Source: a virus
DNA length: 64,000 nt
Direction: 5' to 3' (one strand)
Virus record (IMG/VR): IMGVR_UViG_3300042896_000283
Span: 32,001 to 96,000 of that record
Numbering within the stretch: the first letter of the stretch is position 1; each line of letters begins with the position of its first letter. The position numbers were made by a program, and so were the translations under genes. This document shows positions 37,701 through 47,831 of the stretch, in pieces. The notes under the pieces were generated by a model. It was not told where the DNA came from. It searched no databases and was given only the letters and a program-made list of their open reading frames with translations.

Positions 37701-40700
37701 TGCTACAGCATCAATGTCCATAACTAGTTTCATTCTTTGTGCAAGAGCATGTCCTGTAATATTTACAGCAACAATACCTACCCATCTTTTACCAGTAAGG
37801 AATGCATGTCTTAGAGTTGTAAGATAGTTTCTATTAACCATTCTATTTTTAATAGATGTCTCATCATCTTTTCTTATATCATCTAGTTCTTTAGATATAT
37901 CTTTTAATCCAGCATCTCCAATAGGAGTAATTAAGTTTTCATAGTTACCTTCTAACGTAATAAGTTTTTCAAATGCATCAAAATATCTATTTTCAAGAGC
38001 TTTCTTATACATGTTATTAACATATTTATCTCTCATCTCTTTGTTCAATAACTTAGAGTCAAGTTTTTTTGTTTTTTCAGAAAGAGATTCTATTTGAGAA
38101 GTCATATATTCTGAAGGTAACATTTCTAAATCATCAGCTTGATAAGTTATTTCATTAATTAAATCTTCATTTCTATTATAGAAATCTTGTTGCTGTAAAG
38201 CTACTGCTTTTGAAATAGGTTTTGTATTTTCAAAAAAGTCAAGTAAGTCTTTTCTAAATTGATCACTATTAGCTATTTTCTCAATACTATTTTTAATTGT
38301 ATTATCATACACTCCACCATAAAATTCTTTTGTAGCTTTTTCAGATTCTTTATAATCAACTGCATGAAGTCTTCCACTCTCATCTACATATACAGATTTA
38401 AGATACATATTTAATTTATCAATATCAAAATCTGATCCAGCTTGAGATGTAATCTCTGAAGGAACAATAACAGTTTTACCCATGAAGTCTGGTAAAAAAC
38501 CTGCCACTCTAATAGCAGCCATAGAAGACATAGCTTGAGCAGGAATACGAAAAGCAATACCTTTTAGAATTCCTTGGTTCTCAGGTTTGTTTAATTCTCT
38601 AATAAGATCTGCATCATTAGCAAATTTACCTTTAAGAGATTTCTTAAACCAATTAGGAATTAATACTTCCATGTAAGGATCTTCTTTTGTAGGAAAATGT
38701 AGTCTATCACTAGTAAGTACCACTTTACTTTTTTGATCTGCTGGTAACGCTTCATATTCAGCTATAGATAGTTTTCTATATCCATCTTTCTCTTTAATTG
38801 CAATACCTCTACCTTGTTTAGAATTCTCCCATCCTGTAACAGGAGCTTGTACATATCCTCCTCCACTCATTTTTGGAGAAACTAATGATTTATTAACCAT
38901 TGAATATACAACATCTTTAATCTGTTTATATGCAGGAGATGCTTCAAATGGAATTCTGAACTCACCATTCTCATCTAATAGAATAGTATCTTTAGCATTA
39001 TTAGAAAGTTGTCTTCTAAATAATTCATGTTCAAGAGTTTTTGAAATGATTGATGGATCTATTAATTCAAATTGACCCATACCAAGATCTTCTACACCAA
39101 AGCTAGAAAGAAGTTGTGTATATGCATTATCATCAAGATCTTTAAGAGCTTGGTTATAATTATCAAATGCTTCTTTTGCTCCTTCAATAGTTTCTTCACC
39201 ATTGTCAAACATATCTAATGTAACAATTTTGGTAGGTTGAGAACCTCTTGTTTGTTCTCCTCCACCTTCATATGAAGTTTCTAATTGAATACCATTTATA
39301 CTCCATGGTACTAGTACTTTAGTATATCTATCAAATGGAGTATCATTAAATGTTCCATCTTGATTATAAAGACTATGAGTTTTCTCTATACCAAGTTTTC
39401 TACCTGATTCAAATATTGCATAATCAATTCTTTCTTTAAACATTTTAATATATAACTTCTCAAGATTAGTTCCTACAACTGCACTATAATATATAGGCAT
39501 TTGAGAAGTTTTATCTAATACAAGTTTTATCTCATTTTCACCAAACTGACTACCTGATACAATTGGTTTAATTATATCAATTACATGTTTAGGTTGTGGT
39601 TCTGTTAATGTTTTTTCATCATTAAGTTTTAATTCTTTACTAGAATATTTATATTCTCCTTTATCAGATAATGATTTTCTAGTGAAAGCCATTTCATATT
39701 GATGCCAAGCTTCAGCTTCTTCAGGCCACTGTCCATTTTTATTTTTAACTTCTCTATAAGCTACATCAGTTATTAAAGAAAAAGCATCTGCTTCATTTAT
39801 ACCTTCATATCTAATTGTATCTAACTCAACATCTTTTAATGTTACTGTAGAAGCATATTCTTTATTACCATGATACCCATAATCATCTGGAGTTAGTTCT
39901 ATATCACCAACTTTGTTTTGACTATCTAAAAATGCATTAAACTCAGGACTATCAAATGTTGTTCTTCTTGGAGATAAGAAAGATTTAACACGTTTAGGTT
40001 CATCTAATATACCATCTTTAATTTTAAATTGATATGGATCTCCAAATAGTATTTTATGAAACTCTATATTATTGATAAAGTTATTTGCATTTACAAATGT
40101 TATTACATTATCAAGTTGTGTTTCAGTCATTTTTAATTTATTGATACCTGACTTCATAGCAAAGTTACTATCAAGACCAACATATTTATACATGTTCTCA
40201 GAATCAGTCTTAGTCTTAACAGCTGATACCACTTCACCTTGTTTAAGTAAAATATCTTTTGTACCTTTTGCAATATCTTGTATAGATTTAGCTACAGCGT
40301 CATTGATAGCTTTACTATTCTTAGCAATATAATCTTTAAACTCATCAGCTGATGTAGCTTCATCATCGATCATTATATTAAGTTCTTTCAATTGATCTGG
40401 AGCATAGTCTTCTAATATCTCTTTAAAGAAACGTAACTCTTTAGCTTTTGAACCAACGCTTTTAAGAGTTTCTCTATTTTTCCAATCACGAGCTAATGCA
40501 ATATCATCATTTAAATATCCTTTAAATATATCAAATATTTCATCCCAAGCTCTACCACCTACTATTTCTTCATATGATATATGATTACCAAGATTCATCA
40601 TCCATTCTGTAGCTCCATCTGCAGGAATAAGAATGTAATAATCTCCATTGATATTTTGGTTAATCTCTTGTGTAAATCTTTGACCTTTAGTTAGTTTACT

Positions 40701-43700
40701 TGTAGAAGTTCCTTTGTTTGTATCAATTGATTTTTTACCATCAATATAAGAAACTTTAATCATCTTAAATCTATTTCCTTCTTCATTGAAAAATAACCCA
40801 CCTTCTTTAAATGTAATAGCATTTTTAGAAAATACATCATTAAGTTCTGGTCTTGATATTTTTAATTCTTCTAATGTTTCTGAATCATTAAATGAATTTT
40901 CAAAAAATGAAGGAGCATTATTATCAGAGTAAGATTGTTTCTTACTTCCTTCAACTCCCATTAATGTATTCTCCTGATTAGGATTAGTCACTTTAACTTG
41001 TAATTCTGCAAGCTTAGCTATTTGTTTATTAATCTTTAATGTCTTACCATCTAATGTACCTATATCTTTAGCTTGTGGAAGATAAGCATATATCTCACCA
41101 ACAGTATCACCAAAATCATCTCGTTGAGTTGATTTTAGTTTCAGGTAATCATCCATATTAAATGTTACACCTAAGTTCTTTAAGAAATTAATCATCTCTT
41201 CAGGATCTTTAGGAAGCTTCTCAGGCCATAACTCTGAGCTTGTATTAACTTGATATGTTTTAGTTTCACTATTGAATCTAACTAACCCATTACGAGTTTT
41301 AGCTAGTGCTCTCATTTGACTAAACCAATCTTGTTCTACTTGTTTAGTTATTGTAAATTGATTAGCAGGAGCAGTGTACACTTCATTTCCTATAACATAT
41401 TGTATAACTGCATTTGGTTTTTGTTTTGTAAATGTTTGATAGAAGTTAATAAACAATCTCCAGTCTTCAGTTTTAAATTTACCAAAGTCTATATTTCTTG
41501 AAAGACCACCATTTGTATCAACAGAATAAGATCCACCAATACGTTGAAAGAATCTAACATACGTAGCATCATATCCAGCTAAATCAACTAACTTATCAAT
41601 AACTTTATCAATACTTGTTGTATTAGATATCTTATCTAATAATGTAGCAAACACTCTACTAAAATTCACTAACTTAAATCCTCCAACAGAAGACTTTTCT
41701 CTTATAGGTAATTTTAAACTAGTAGAGTTTTGTTGATTAGTAGGAACTACTTGTGGTAATGTAGCAGCAACAAGTTTAATAGCAAATGGAGAAGTTTTTT
41801 TATGATCAACTGTAAATGCTTCTTGAGAATAACCAACACTAGTTACATTCTCATCATTAATATCTACAAGATCTTCTTCATTAAAGTTTACACCTATTGT
41901 ACGTAATAATTGTTTACCTTGTGTAAATAAAGCATTGAAACGTTCTTCTCCTAATTGTTGATATACATTACCAGTGATATATGCTTGTTTAATATAATTA
42001 TATATTTCAGCTCCTGTAATTTGTTGTAAATCAAATATAGATTCTTTATTATCACCAAATATATAATTTGCTGCACGAGAAAATATATCCTCTGCATATT
42101 CAGCAGCTTGTGTTTCTGTTATACCAGGAATTCTACTGTAAGCAGGTGCTCCTTTCTTTTGTGATTCAGAGATGATAAATTCTTTATACTTACCAGCATC
42201 AATAGCTTTAAAAAGATCTTTAGCTAATGAAGGTTTAGCAGATTTAAAGAAGTTAATAATTCTTCTAAAGAATCTAAGTACTAATTCACTTAATGATCTA
42301 GCAGGAAGTTTACCCACTTTGAATTCACCAAAATCATCAGCTATTTTTTCTTCTATTTGTTTATCTGTAGCACTAGCATAATCTATTTTCTTACCAGAAG
42401 CTCTATCTGTAAATTGTCCAGGTTTGTTTCTAAACTCATTATTAATATCAATTCTTTCATCAGCTGTTAAGAAATGTTGATACACAGGATGGAACAGTTC
42501 ATGGTAACCTACTGTTCTTGGTCCAGCTTTGTAAAACTTAGCTACACCATCAACAAATACACCAAAAGCTTTTTCTCCATCATATGTATCTACAAGATCT
42601 TCTAACACTTCTAATGGTACACCAGAAAGTTTTTCAGCTTGGAAGTCTTTTAATATTTGAATATCATTCTCAGACATTACATCTTCTTGAGCTGTAACTC
42701 CCACTCTCATGTAGTTATCATCAGGTAGGTCAGTATCATTTATATCAATAGGATCTATTTTCTCTTCAGGAGTAATCTCTGGACTAACTTCTTCTACAGT
42801 GGTAGTAGGAGCTTCATCTGCAACTACAGGAGCTTCTTCTACTTGTTGTGTACTTTGTATTTGTTTTAATTCATAAATAAGTTTATCACCAACAAATCTT
42901 ACAACACGTTGATCATCACTATCTTCTTCATTAAATTTATTTTCATTTACTAAATAAGGATCTATAGTATTTTTTAACAATTCTTTATTTGCTGCAGCTT
43001 TTGATATTGTATCATTCACTTTAACATCTACACTTTCTACATTACCATCAGCATCTACAGTTCCTGTAAACTCAACTGGACCATTTGCAAATGGATATAT
43101 ATTAGATGTTGTTCCATCCATTGTATATTCTCCTATCTTACCAGGAGTTGTTGGTGCAATAGGAGCAGTTTTAGCAGCCTGTACAACAGGAGCAGGTTTT
43201 ATAATAGGAAGATCAAAATCAATTAATGTAGCATACTTTTGAGAGAATGAATAAGGAACAGTTGGTGTAGGAGCAGCCACTTTAGTTGTAAGTGGTGTAT
43301 TTACACTAGAACGAGATGTTGTACCATCAGGAAGTTTACTTGATAATAAATAAGATTGATAGTTTTTCCAATATCTAGCTACAAGTTGTCCTTCAGCATT
43401 CTTCTCTCCTGTATATTCATAGAACTTACTAGTAAGATCTTTGATAGTTTTACTATTAATATTATGATGCGTATCTGTAAGTTGTTTTACAATCTCAGCT
43501 TCTTTGTTTTCAATATCTATAATAGGATATTTTACACCGCCTAAATAGATACTTCTACTATTAGTATCAATATAGAATTGATTACCTGATGTAGATGCAC
43601 CTTTACGTAAATACAATACATTCTGTAAGTATGCTAAATAGTTTACATCTATATCTAATGGTTTACCAGATGTAGATTTCTCTCTTATATCAAGAGCCAA

Positions 43701-46700
43701 TGCTTTAATTACTTGATATACAGCATTAGCTTTCTCTTTACCTAATATACTATTGTTCAAGATTTCTAATACATCTTCATATTGAAGAACAACTACACCC
43801 TTTTCTTTAAATGTAATATTTCTTCCTTTATGAGATATAAATCCTGCAGTGTTTATTTGAAGAAGTTTTGGTTGAGAAGATATTTTATTCTCAGGTATTA
43901 ATATACCTCCAATTTGATTTCTCTCGTATTTACCATCTGAAAGTTTATTAATAATAGCTATACCTCTAGATACATCAATATCATATACTTTATGTTCTAC
44001 TGTATTGTTTGCAAATAATCCAGCTCTCACTTGTCTCCAACCATTAGCTGCAGATGCAAGATTTTCTTTTTCACCTTGTCTATATCTAGGAACTCTTTGC
44101 CCAGTTTTAGGATCTGTATATGTATAATACAATTCTGTTGTAGGCATAGCTTGGAATATAGCTTGACTTACATCAATTGGTTGTCCAACTTCTCCTAAAC
44201 GTTTTCCTGTTTTATCTACAAAATAAGATTTACTTTTATCTTTTTCAACAAATACTTGTGCAACAAATCCTAAATCAATATCATTCACTTTATCAACTTC
44301 AGTGATTGGTCTACCAAACTGAAGTTCTGTAAGCCCTTTAAGTCCTAAAGCTTCTTCATTATTAGTTGTAACTAACATTGCACCTATTTTAGATGCGTTC
44401 TTGAAGTTCTTTATGTTGTTTAAGAACTCTCTAGAGTTTTTAACATGCTGAGGTGCATTAACACGATTCTGAACATTCTCAGATTCACTAGTACCAGATA
44501 TAAAGAAGTTTCTCCATGTCTTTAAGAAACTCTCATCTTCTTTTACAACAGCTTCTGATGTTGTAGTTTCTGTAGGAATAGGTGTAGCAATTTCTCCAGA
44601 ATTAAGCTCTGCTTTATCCTGTTGTCTATCCACCTCATTTTTAGTCACAAGCATTGCTTGCTCTTCTTTTTCTAGAGCAGCATTCTTTTCTTTTACAGCT
44701 TTGTATGTTTCATCTATATTATTTGTTATAACAGCAATAGCTTCATTTAATAAGTTTTCATTAGTTGTACCAAATAATCTTCTAAAGAATGTTTTTAATG
44801 AATTAACAAATGCTTCCCATGTAGAAGCTTGTGTATTCTTATATGGAATAGTTTGTAAATATCTTTGAAACTCTCTATTAGATAATGCTTCTGTTGCAAA
44901 CTCATATATATTTTTGAATGCATAGTATTCACCATTCTTAATCAATCCTGCTTCAGCATACTTATTAGGATCATTCTTAAATGTTTCTTGTACAAACTTG
45001 AATAATGGATCTAACTCTTTAAAGAATTGTCCATTAGTATCTGATAAAGCATATGTGGTTAAGTCATGTCCTATCTCATGTAATAATATAAATTCTACAG
45101 GAATACTTCCACTCTCATAATCATCAGCAGTATCTTCATAGTTAATTCTACTCAATGCTGAATTTGCATCTACACCTCTAGTAGATGTTCCAGGAGTACT
45201 TAGTGTTCTATCACCTAATATGATTTTACTATCTCTTGTAGTGTATTTTAAGAAACCTAATGCTAATTGTTTTTCAAGTGTAGTGGCATATGGTGATTCA
45301 GCAATCTTCTCTAACACTTCATATTTACTCTTCTCTCCTTCACCATATTGATTTACAATATCAGCATATTTTCTTTTATCTGATTTAAATTTATTTCTAC
45401 TTTTACCAAAATATTGTGAATCATCTGTTTTAGGAGCAGCAGTTCTTGTCTTCTTTCCTTCTGGTGTAACTTCTGCTTTCTCTCCAGTAAATGAATAGTT
45501 TTGTGGGTTATCTTTTAAATCATTATATTCATTAACAAATTGTTGTCTTCTTTTAGAAAGTTCAACTACATCTTTTAATTCTTGTTTAACAAGATCTGTA
45601 TCAATTCTATCTGACTTTTGTTGATCTACATTATATAACACCTTAGCAAGGCTTACTGATGTATCACTACTTAATTCATCATTTATAACATCCTGTACAG
45701 GAATATCTGCTCTTAGAAGTCTTGCAGATACTTGAGGAATACGTATATCATAATCAGCTATCTTAGCAGCTGCATACACCATCTTATCAATAATTAATGG
45801 AGAATACTTTCTAATTTGATTACCTGCTTCATTAACTAATGGTTCACCTTCTGCATTTTGCATTACTGTACCACTATACCTAAGATTTAAAGATTTATAT
45901 AATTCTTCTGTATTCTTTGCTGTATTTTCAAATGAGTTTAATCTTTTTTGAAATGATTCAACTGTATCATTAATATTAGCTAGTCCTTCTTCTTTTAAAT
46001 CACTAAGTCCTTCTTTAGACATTCCAGCTTGTCTAAGATCTTTGACATCATCCATAATCATATCAAATCTTCCAAACTTAATACGTGGAGCAAGATATGT
46101 ATGTAACATATCTGTATTAAGATCTCTAGCTTCTAATTCATCTCCTTGAATAGTTGCATCTCTTTGTTGTTCTTGTAGAGTAGTAAATCTATCTACAGCT
46201 TCAAGTTTTTCTTTAAATGCAGCTTGAAATGTAGGAGCATTGTTAAGTTCACCAATAAATCTTTCTGTATTAGATTTTGCAGCTTTACCTTTAGCAATTT
46301 CTCCTTGAGGTCCAAATGTTTGCATTAATCCTCCAGTAATACCACCAAGTATTCCACTTTCAATACCTCCTTTAGATACTAATGCACCAACATCTTTTCC
46401 AGCTTCATCTTTACCAACCATTCCATATAAGAACCCATCAGTCCAAGCACTTGCTTCTTTACCATTACGTCCTTTATTAAAATAGTTTTCTGTACCTATT
46501 TGTAAAGCATACTGACCAATCTCTTGTCCAGCTTCTTTAGGATCAAATGCATACTTACTTACTTTAGCAGCTCTTTCATAAAGTTTACCAAATTTAGTAG
46601 CTGCACCTTCTGCTGCTACATATTTACCTTCTTTTAATAATACATCATCAGCATGTCCTAATAAACTATTAGCAGCTTGTTTCTCAGCAGCATATGAACT

Positions 46701-47816
46701 TCCCATTAATTTAGGAAGCTGAGCATATTCTGTCACTCCTAATAATGCTAAATTTCCGAAGAAAGAAGTTTTACCTACACTTTCTGAAATTGTATTTATA
46801 TTATCTAATTCAGCACCTTCAGGACCATTACCAAAATGATCATCTTTATATTTTTGAATTAGATTATTTCTATATTCATTTGATGTTTGTAATGCTTCAA
46901 AAGAAGCTTCACCTGCAGATGAATATGCAGCTATTACTGTTCTTCTGAACTTATCTTGTAATCCAGCTATTTTGTTTGTTGTTTTTGCTATATCTAAAAT
47001 AGCAGATTCTCTAGCTGTAAGATCAGCAATAGATGAAATATTCTTTTCAAGAATTGCTGCAGCTTCAATATTTTTACCAGCAGAGAAAGCTCTTGCTGTA
47101 TTTTTTAATAGAGGAGTGAATAATTTAAATGATTGAGATGCTTCAGCAGCTATTGCACCTTCTGCTGCAAATCCACCTAATGCTGCACCTGTAGCACTTA
47201 ATGCACCTTCAGCTATATTACCAGATACCATTGCTCCAACAGCAAATCCAGAATTCTTAATTAATTTATCAAATAAGAAATTTGTTTTCCACCAGTTGTC
47301 AGGAGAATACCAAGATGCATTTGTTTCTTTATCTGTATAATAGTTTGGTAGATAGTTTTGATCCACTTCATTATTATACTGATCTAGTTTTTGCATTACA
47401 GGATTATCCCATATATCTGCAAGTCTTCCAGAGAATGGAGATTTTGCTAAACCATATAACATACCGAAACTTCCTGCAACAGTAGTAGCTGCAAGATTAA
47501 CTCCTTTTAATATACCATTAGTAGCTTGTGATAGTGCAGACTGTGCATTAGCATTTTGATCTTCTATATCAATTGTATTACTAGAATACATATTGTATCT
47601 TCTATTCTCATACAATTCATTTGCACTAACAGTAGGAAGTAACCCTTTACCTACCATTGGACCTTTGCCAAATATTGGATCTCCATTATCTCTTCCTGAT
47701 AAATCTGTATTCAAAGATGTATAATTATCTGGAGCAGGAGTTGATGGACTAGGCAGATTAGGAAGTTTCTGATCTGGGTTTATAAGAATTGGATTAAGGT
47801 TTTTAAAATCTGGCAT
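34785..47816 (-). CDS. Virion RNA polymerase polyprotein (two zincin-like domains, two-barrel RNAP, C-terminal AlkB-like 2OG-Fe(II) dioxygenase)
   Basis: GSDFDIDK (DFDIDK at 38415-38432), FRIPAQ, HEIGH, HELFH, INLY...SHNDVDE...YHRT...RVTVTMR. Confidence 0.88.
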   Translation of the reverse strand: MPDFKNLNPILINPDQKLPNLPSPSTPAPDNYTSLNTDLSGRDNGDPIFGKGPMVGKGLLPTVSANELYENRRYNMYSSNTIDIEDQNANAQSALSQATNGILKGVNLAATTVAGSFGMLYGLAKSPFSGRLADIWDNPVMQKLDQYNNEVDQNYLPNYYTDKETNASWYSPDNWWKTNFLFDKLIKNSGFAVGAMVSGNIAEGALSATGAALGGFAAEGAIAAEASQSFKLFTPLLKNTARAFSAGKNIEAAAILEKNISSIADLTARESAILDIAKTTNKIAGLQDKFRRTVIAAYSSAGEASFEALQTSNEYRNNLIQKYKDDHFGNGPEGAELDNINTISESVGKTSFFGNLALLGVTEYAQLPKLMGSSYAAEKQAANSLLGHADDVLLKEGKYVAAEGAATKFGKLYERAAKVSKYAFDPKEAGQEIGQYALQIGTENYFNKGRNGKEASAWTDGFLYGMVGKDEAGKDVGALVSKGGIESGILGGITGGLMQTFGPQGEIAKGKAAKSNTERFIGELNNAPTFQAAFKEKLEAVDRFTTLQEQQRDATIQGDELEARDLNTDMLHTYLAPRIKFGRFDMIMDDVKDLRQAGMSKEGLSDLKEEGLANINDTVESFQKRLNSFENTAKNTEELYKSLNLRYSGTVMQNAEGEPLVNEAGNQIRKYSPLIIDKMVYAAAKIADYDIRIPQVSARLLRADIPVQDVINDELSSDTSVSLAKVLYNVDQQKSDRIDTDLVKQELKDVVELSKRRQQFVNEYNDLKDNPQNYSFTGEKAEVTPEGKKTRTAAPKTDDSQYFGKSRNKFKSDKRKYADIVNQYGEGEKSKYEVLEKIAESPYATTLEKQLALGFLKYTTRDSKIILGDRTLSTPGTSTRGVDANSALSRINYEDTADDYESGSIPVEFILLHEIGHDLTTYALSDTNGQFFKELDPLFKFVQETFKNDPNKYAEAGLIKNGEYYAFKNIYEFATEALSNREFQRYLQTIPYKNTQASTWEAFVNSLKTFFRRLFGTTNENLLNEAIAVITNNIDETYKAVKEKNAALEKEEQAMLVTKNEVDRQQDKAELNSGEIATPIPTETTTSEAVVKEDESFLKTWRNFFISGTSESENVQNRVNAPQHVKNSREFLNNIKNFKNASKIGAMLVTTNNEEALGLKGLTELQFGRPITEVDKVNDIDLGFVAQVFVEKDKSKSYFVDKTGKRLGEVGQPIDVSQAIFQAMPTTELYYTYTDPKTGQRVPRYRQGEKENLASAANGWRQVRAGLFANNTVEHKVYDIDVSRGIAIINKLSDGKYERNQIGGILIPENKISSQPKLLQINTAGFISHKGRNITFKEKGVVVLQYEDVLEILNNSILGKEKANAVYQVIKALALDIREKSTSGKPLDIDVNYLAYLQNVLYLRKGASTSGNQFYIDTNSRSIYLGGVKYPIIDIENKEAEIVKQLTDTHHNINSKTIKDLTSKFYEYTGEKNAEGQLVARYWKNYQSYLLSSKLPDGTTSRSSVNTPLTTKVAAPTPTVPYSFSQKYATLIDFDLPIIKPAPVVQAAKTAPIAPTTPGKIGEYTMDGTTSNIYPFANGPVEFTGTVDADGNVESVDVKVNDTISKAAANKELLKNTIDPYLVNENKFNEEDSDDQRVVRFVGDKLIYELKQIQSTQQVEEAPVVADEAPTTTVEEVSPEITPEEKIDPIDINDTDLPDDNYMRVGVTAQEDVMSENDIQILKDFQAEKLSGVPLEVLEDLVDTYDGEKAFGVFVDGVAKFYKAGPRTVGYHELFHPVYQHFLTADERIDINNEFRNKPGQFTDRASGKKIDYASATDKQIEEKIADDFGEFKVGKLPARSLSELVLRFFRRIINFFKSAKPSLAKDLFKAIDAGKYKEFIISESQKKGAPAYSRIPGITETQAAEYAEDIFSRAANYIFGDNKESIFDLQQITGAEIYNYIKQAYITGNVYQQLGEERFNALFTQGKQLLRTIGVNFNEEDLVDINDENVTSVGYSQEAFTVDHKKTSPFAIKLVAATLPQVVPTNQQNSTSLKLPIREKSSVGGFKLVNFSRVFATLLDKISNTTSIDKVIDKLVDLAGYDATYVRFFQRIGGSYSVDTNGGLSRNIDFGKFKTEDWRLFINFYQTFTKQKPNAVIQYVIGNEVYTAPANQFTITKQVEQDWFSQMRALAKTRNGLVRFNSETKTYQVNTSSELWPEKLPKDPEEMINFLKNLGVTFNMDDYLKLKSTQRDDFGDTVGEIYAYLPQAKDIGTLDGKTLKINKQIAKLAELQVKVTNPNQENTLMGVEGSKKQSYSDNNAPSFFENSFNDSETLEELKISRPELNDVFSKNAITFKEGGLFFNEEGNRFKMIKVSYIDGKKSIDTNKGTSTSKLTKGQRFTQEINQNINGDYYILIPADGATEWMMNLGNHISYEEIVGGRAWDEIFDIFKGYLNDDIALARDWKNRETLKSVGSKAKELRFFKEILEDYAPDQLKELNIMIDDEATSADEFKDYIAKNSKAINDAVAKSIQDIAKGTKDILLKQGEVVSAVKTKTDSENMYKYVGLDSNFAMKSGINKLKMTETQLDNVITFVNANNFINNIEFHKILFGDPYQFKIKDGILDEPKRVKSFLSPRRTTFDSPEFNAFLDSQNKVGDIELTPDDYGYHGNKEYASTVTLKDVELDTIRYEGINEADAFSLITDVAYREVKNKNGQWPEEAEAWHQYEMAFTRKSLSDKGEYKYSSKELKLNDEKTLTEPQPKHVIDIIKPIVSGSQFGENEIKLVLDKTSQMPIYYSAVVGTNLEKLYIKMFKERIDYAIFESGRKLGIEKTHSLYNQDGTFNDTPFDRYTKVLVPWSINGIQLETSYEGGGEQTRGSQPTKIVTLDMFDNGEETIEGAKEAFDNYNQALKDLDDNAYTQLLSSFGVEDLGMGQFELIDPSIISKTLEHELFRRQLSNNAKDTILLDENGEFRIPFEASPAYKQIKDVVYSMVNKSLVSPKMSGGGYVQAPVTGWENSKQGRGIAIKEKDGYRKLSIAEYEALPADQKSKVVLTSDRLHFPTKEDPYMEVLIPNWFKKSLKGKFANDADLIRELNKPENQGILKGIAFRIPAQAMSSMAAIRVAGFLPDFMGKTVIVPSEITSQAGSDFDIDKLNMYLKSVYVDESGRLHAVDYKESEKATKEFYGGVYDNTIKNSIEKIANSDQFRKDLLDFFENTKPISKAVALQQQDFYNRNEDLINEITYQADDLEMLPSEYMTSQIESLSEKTKKLDSKLLNKEMRDKYVNNMYKKALENRYFDAFEKLITLEGNYENLITPIGDAGLKDISKELDDIRKDDETSIKNRMVNRNYLTTLRHAFLTGKRWVGIVAVNITGHALAQRMKLVMDIDAVADKLTYDERAILGDRKVKLPHNEIDGEVSLSGTNTAIPNAKGSLEKISNRLSGYATAVVDIAKDPFIMKIIKSDAAIGTFMFLERIGVGQNTIWFMNQPIISEYLDMLENKGTSFLYNPSNINEVRAKFGLLKVGARGTEKESFDVDSLEANIETYANNKNKMSTKQENEQQGAILKEFLKYSKMAEYSFKFTQATNYDTTKFKNSDTFHKKTTRTDIARNKNIFSSVDKLLDSSSIGNQKRLIDFAMKSVGSFIKLEQEQFVDITNEVLRSFEEQEFMKDDDFSKVASKAKASFLDFIVQIKSGLNTEILALTTGDNSIAEQLAKAKVKYPNMRLLQDLVPEASKKNDGTQTIKLKVNLKEAYDENLYVEMMRELRELDPELYNNIVKVALLQGTYQSSISINNIVPIEDYAKKIKPIIDTLVDDADVEYFTKGMFQKNNWKDETIVPTTTPRFYFERDENFDPIVEYVGEDPYGNDVYKYKVSPFLEGFDGPTMQERRLVLTLSPIYDARNGANSDFVKVPKVITNKIGENINIVTGQTISSQAMRAVRLGGDTSLTDVFGYQKVKYSNGTPVTTIKGDYVYKLVNLLGDGNLVSEYYLDGRKSVLNNGTVKIENEIPDSVIIDYFGGDITEEIVSLQTEEEIVAPTQMIGKPKGVEIKEGIYVNQEALSKDEQLELFDYLKPFLEEQAAKTNKGEAASKMIGLGLRWDYKSNNPGKQAMNIPDVINPGNKTKYGYYDNSINNQPLAPITARFRELMQKATGVDMTNYDGAIINLYEPNSFISSHNDVDESRSAIGYPVIGINIGGTGNFSIESRDGAPKQLNLKAGAGYVFGVDGVNREVYHRTFAKPQDSFLPELTTKLDGKAYEPGSYRVTVTMRRVMPLEPGMPSKPAITSTQTKVEQIKPGEQLDLFRTTETFDTIEDFTPERKEEILQNFADKHKMTTEEAKDYINKAIAENKEEVINKLKDCY

Positions 47817-47831
47817 AATTATTTATTATAA

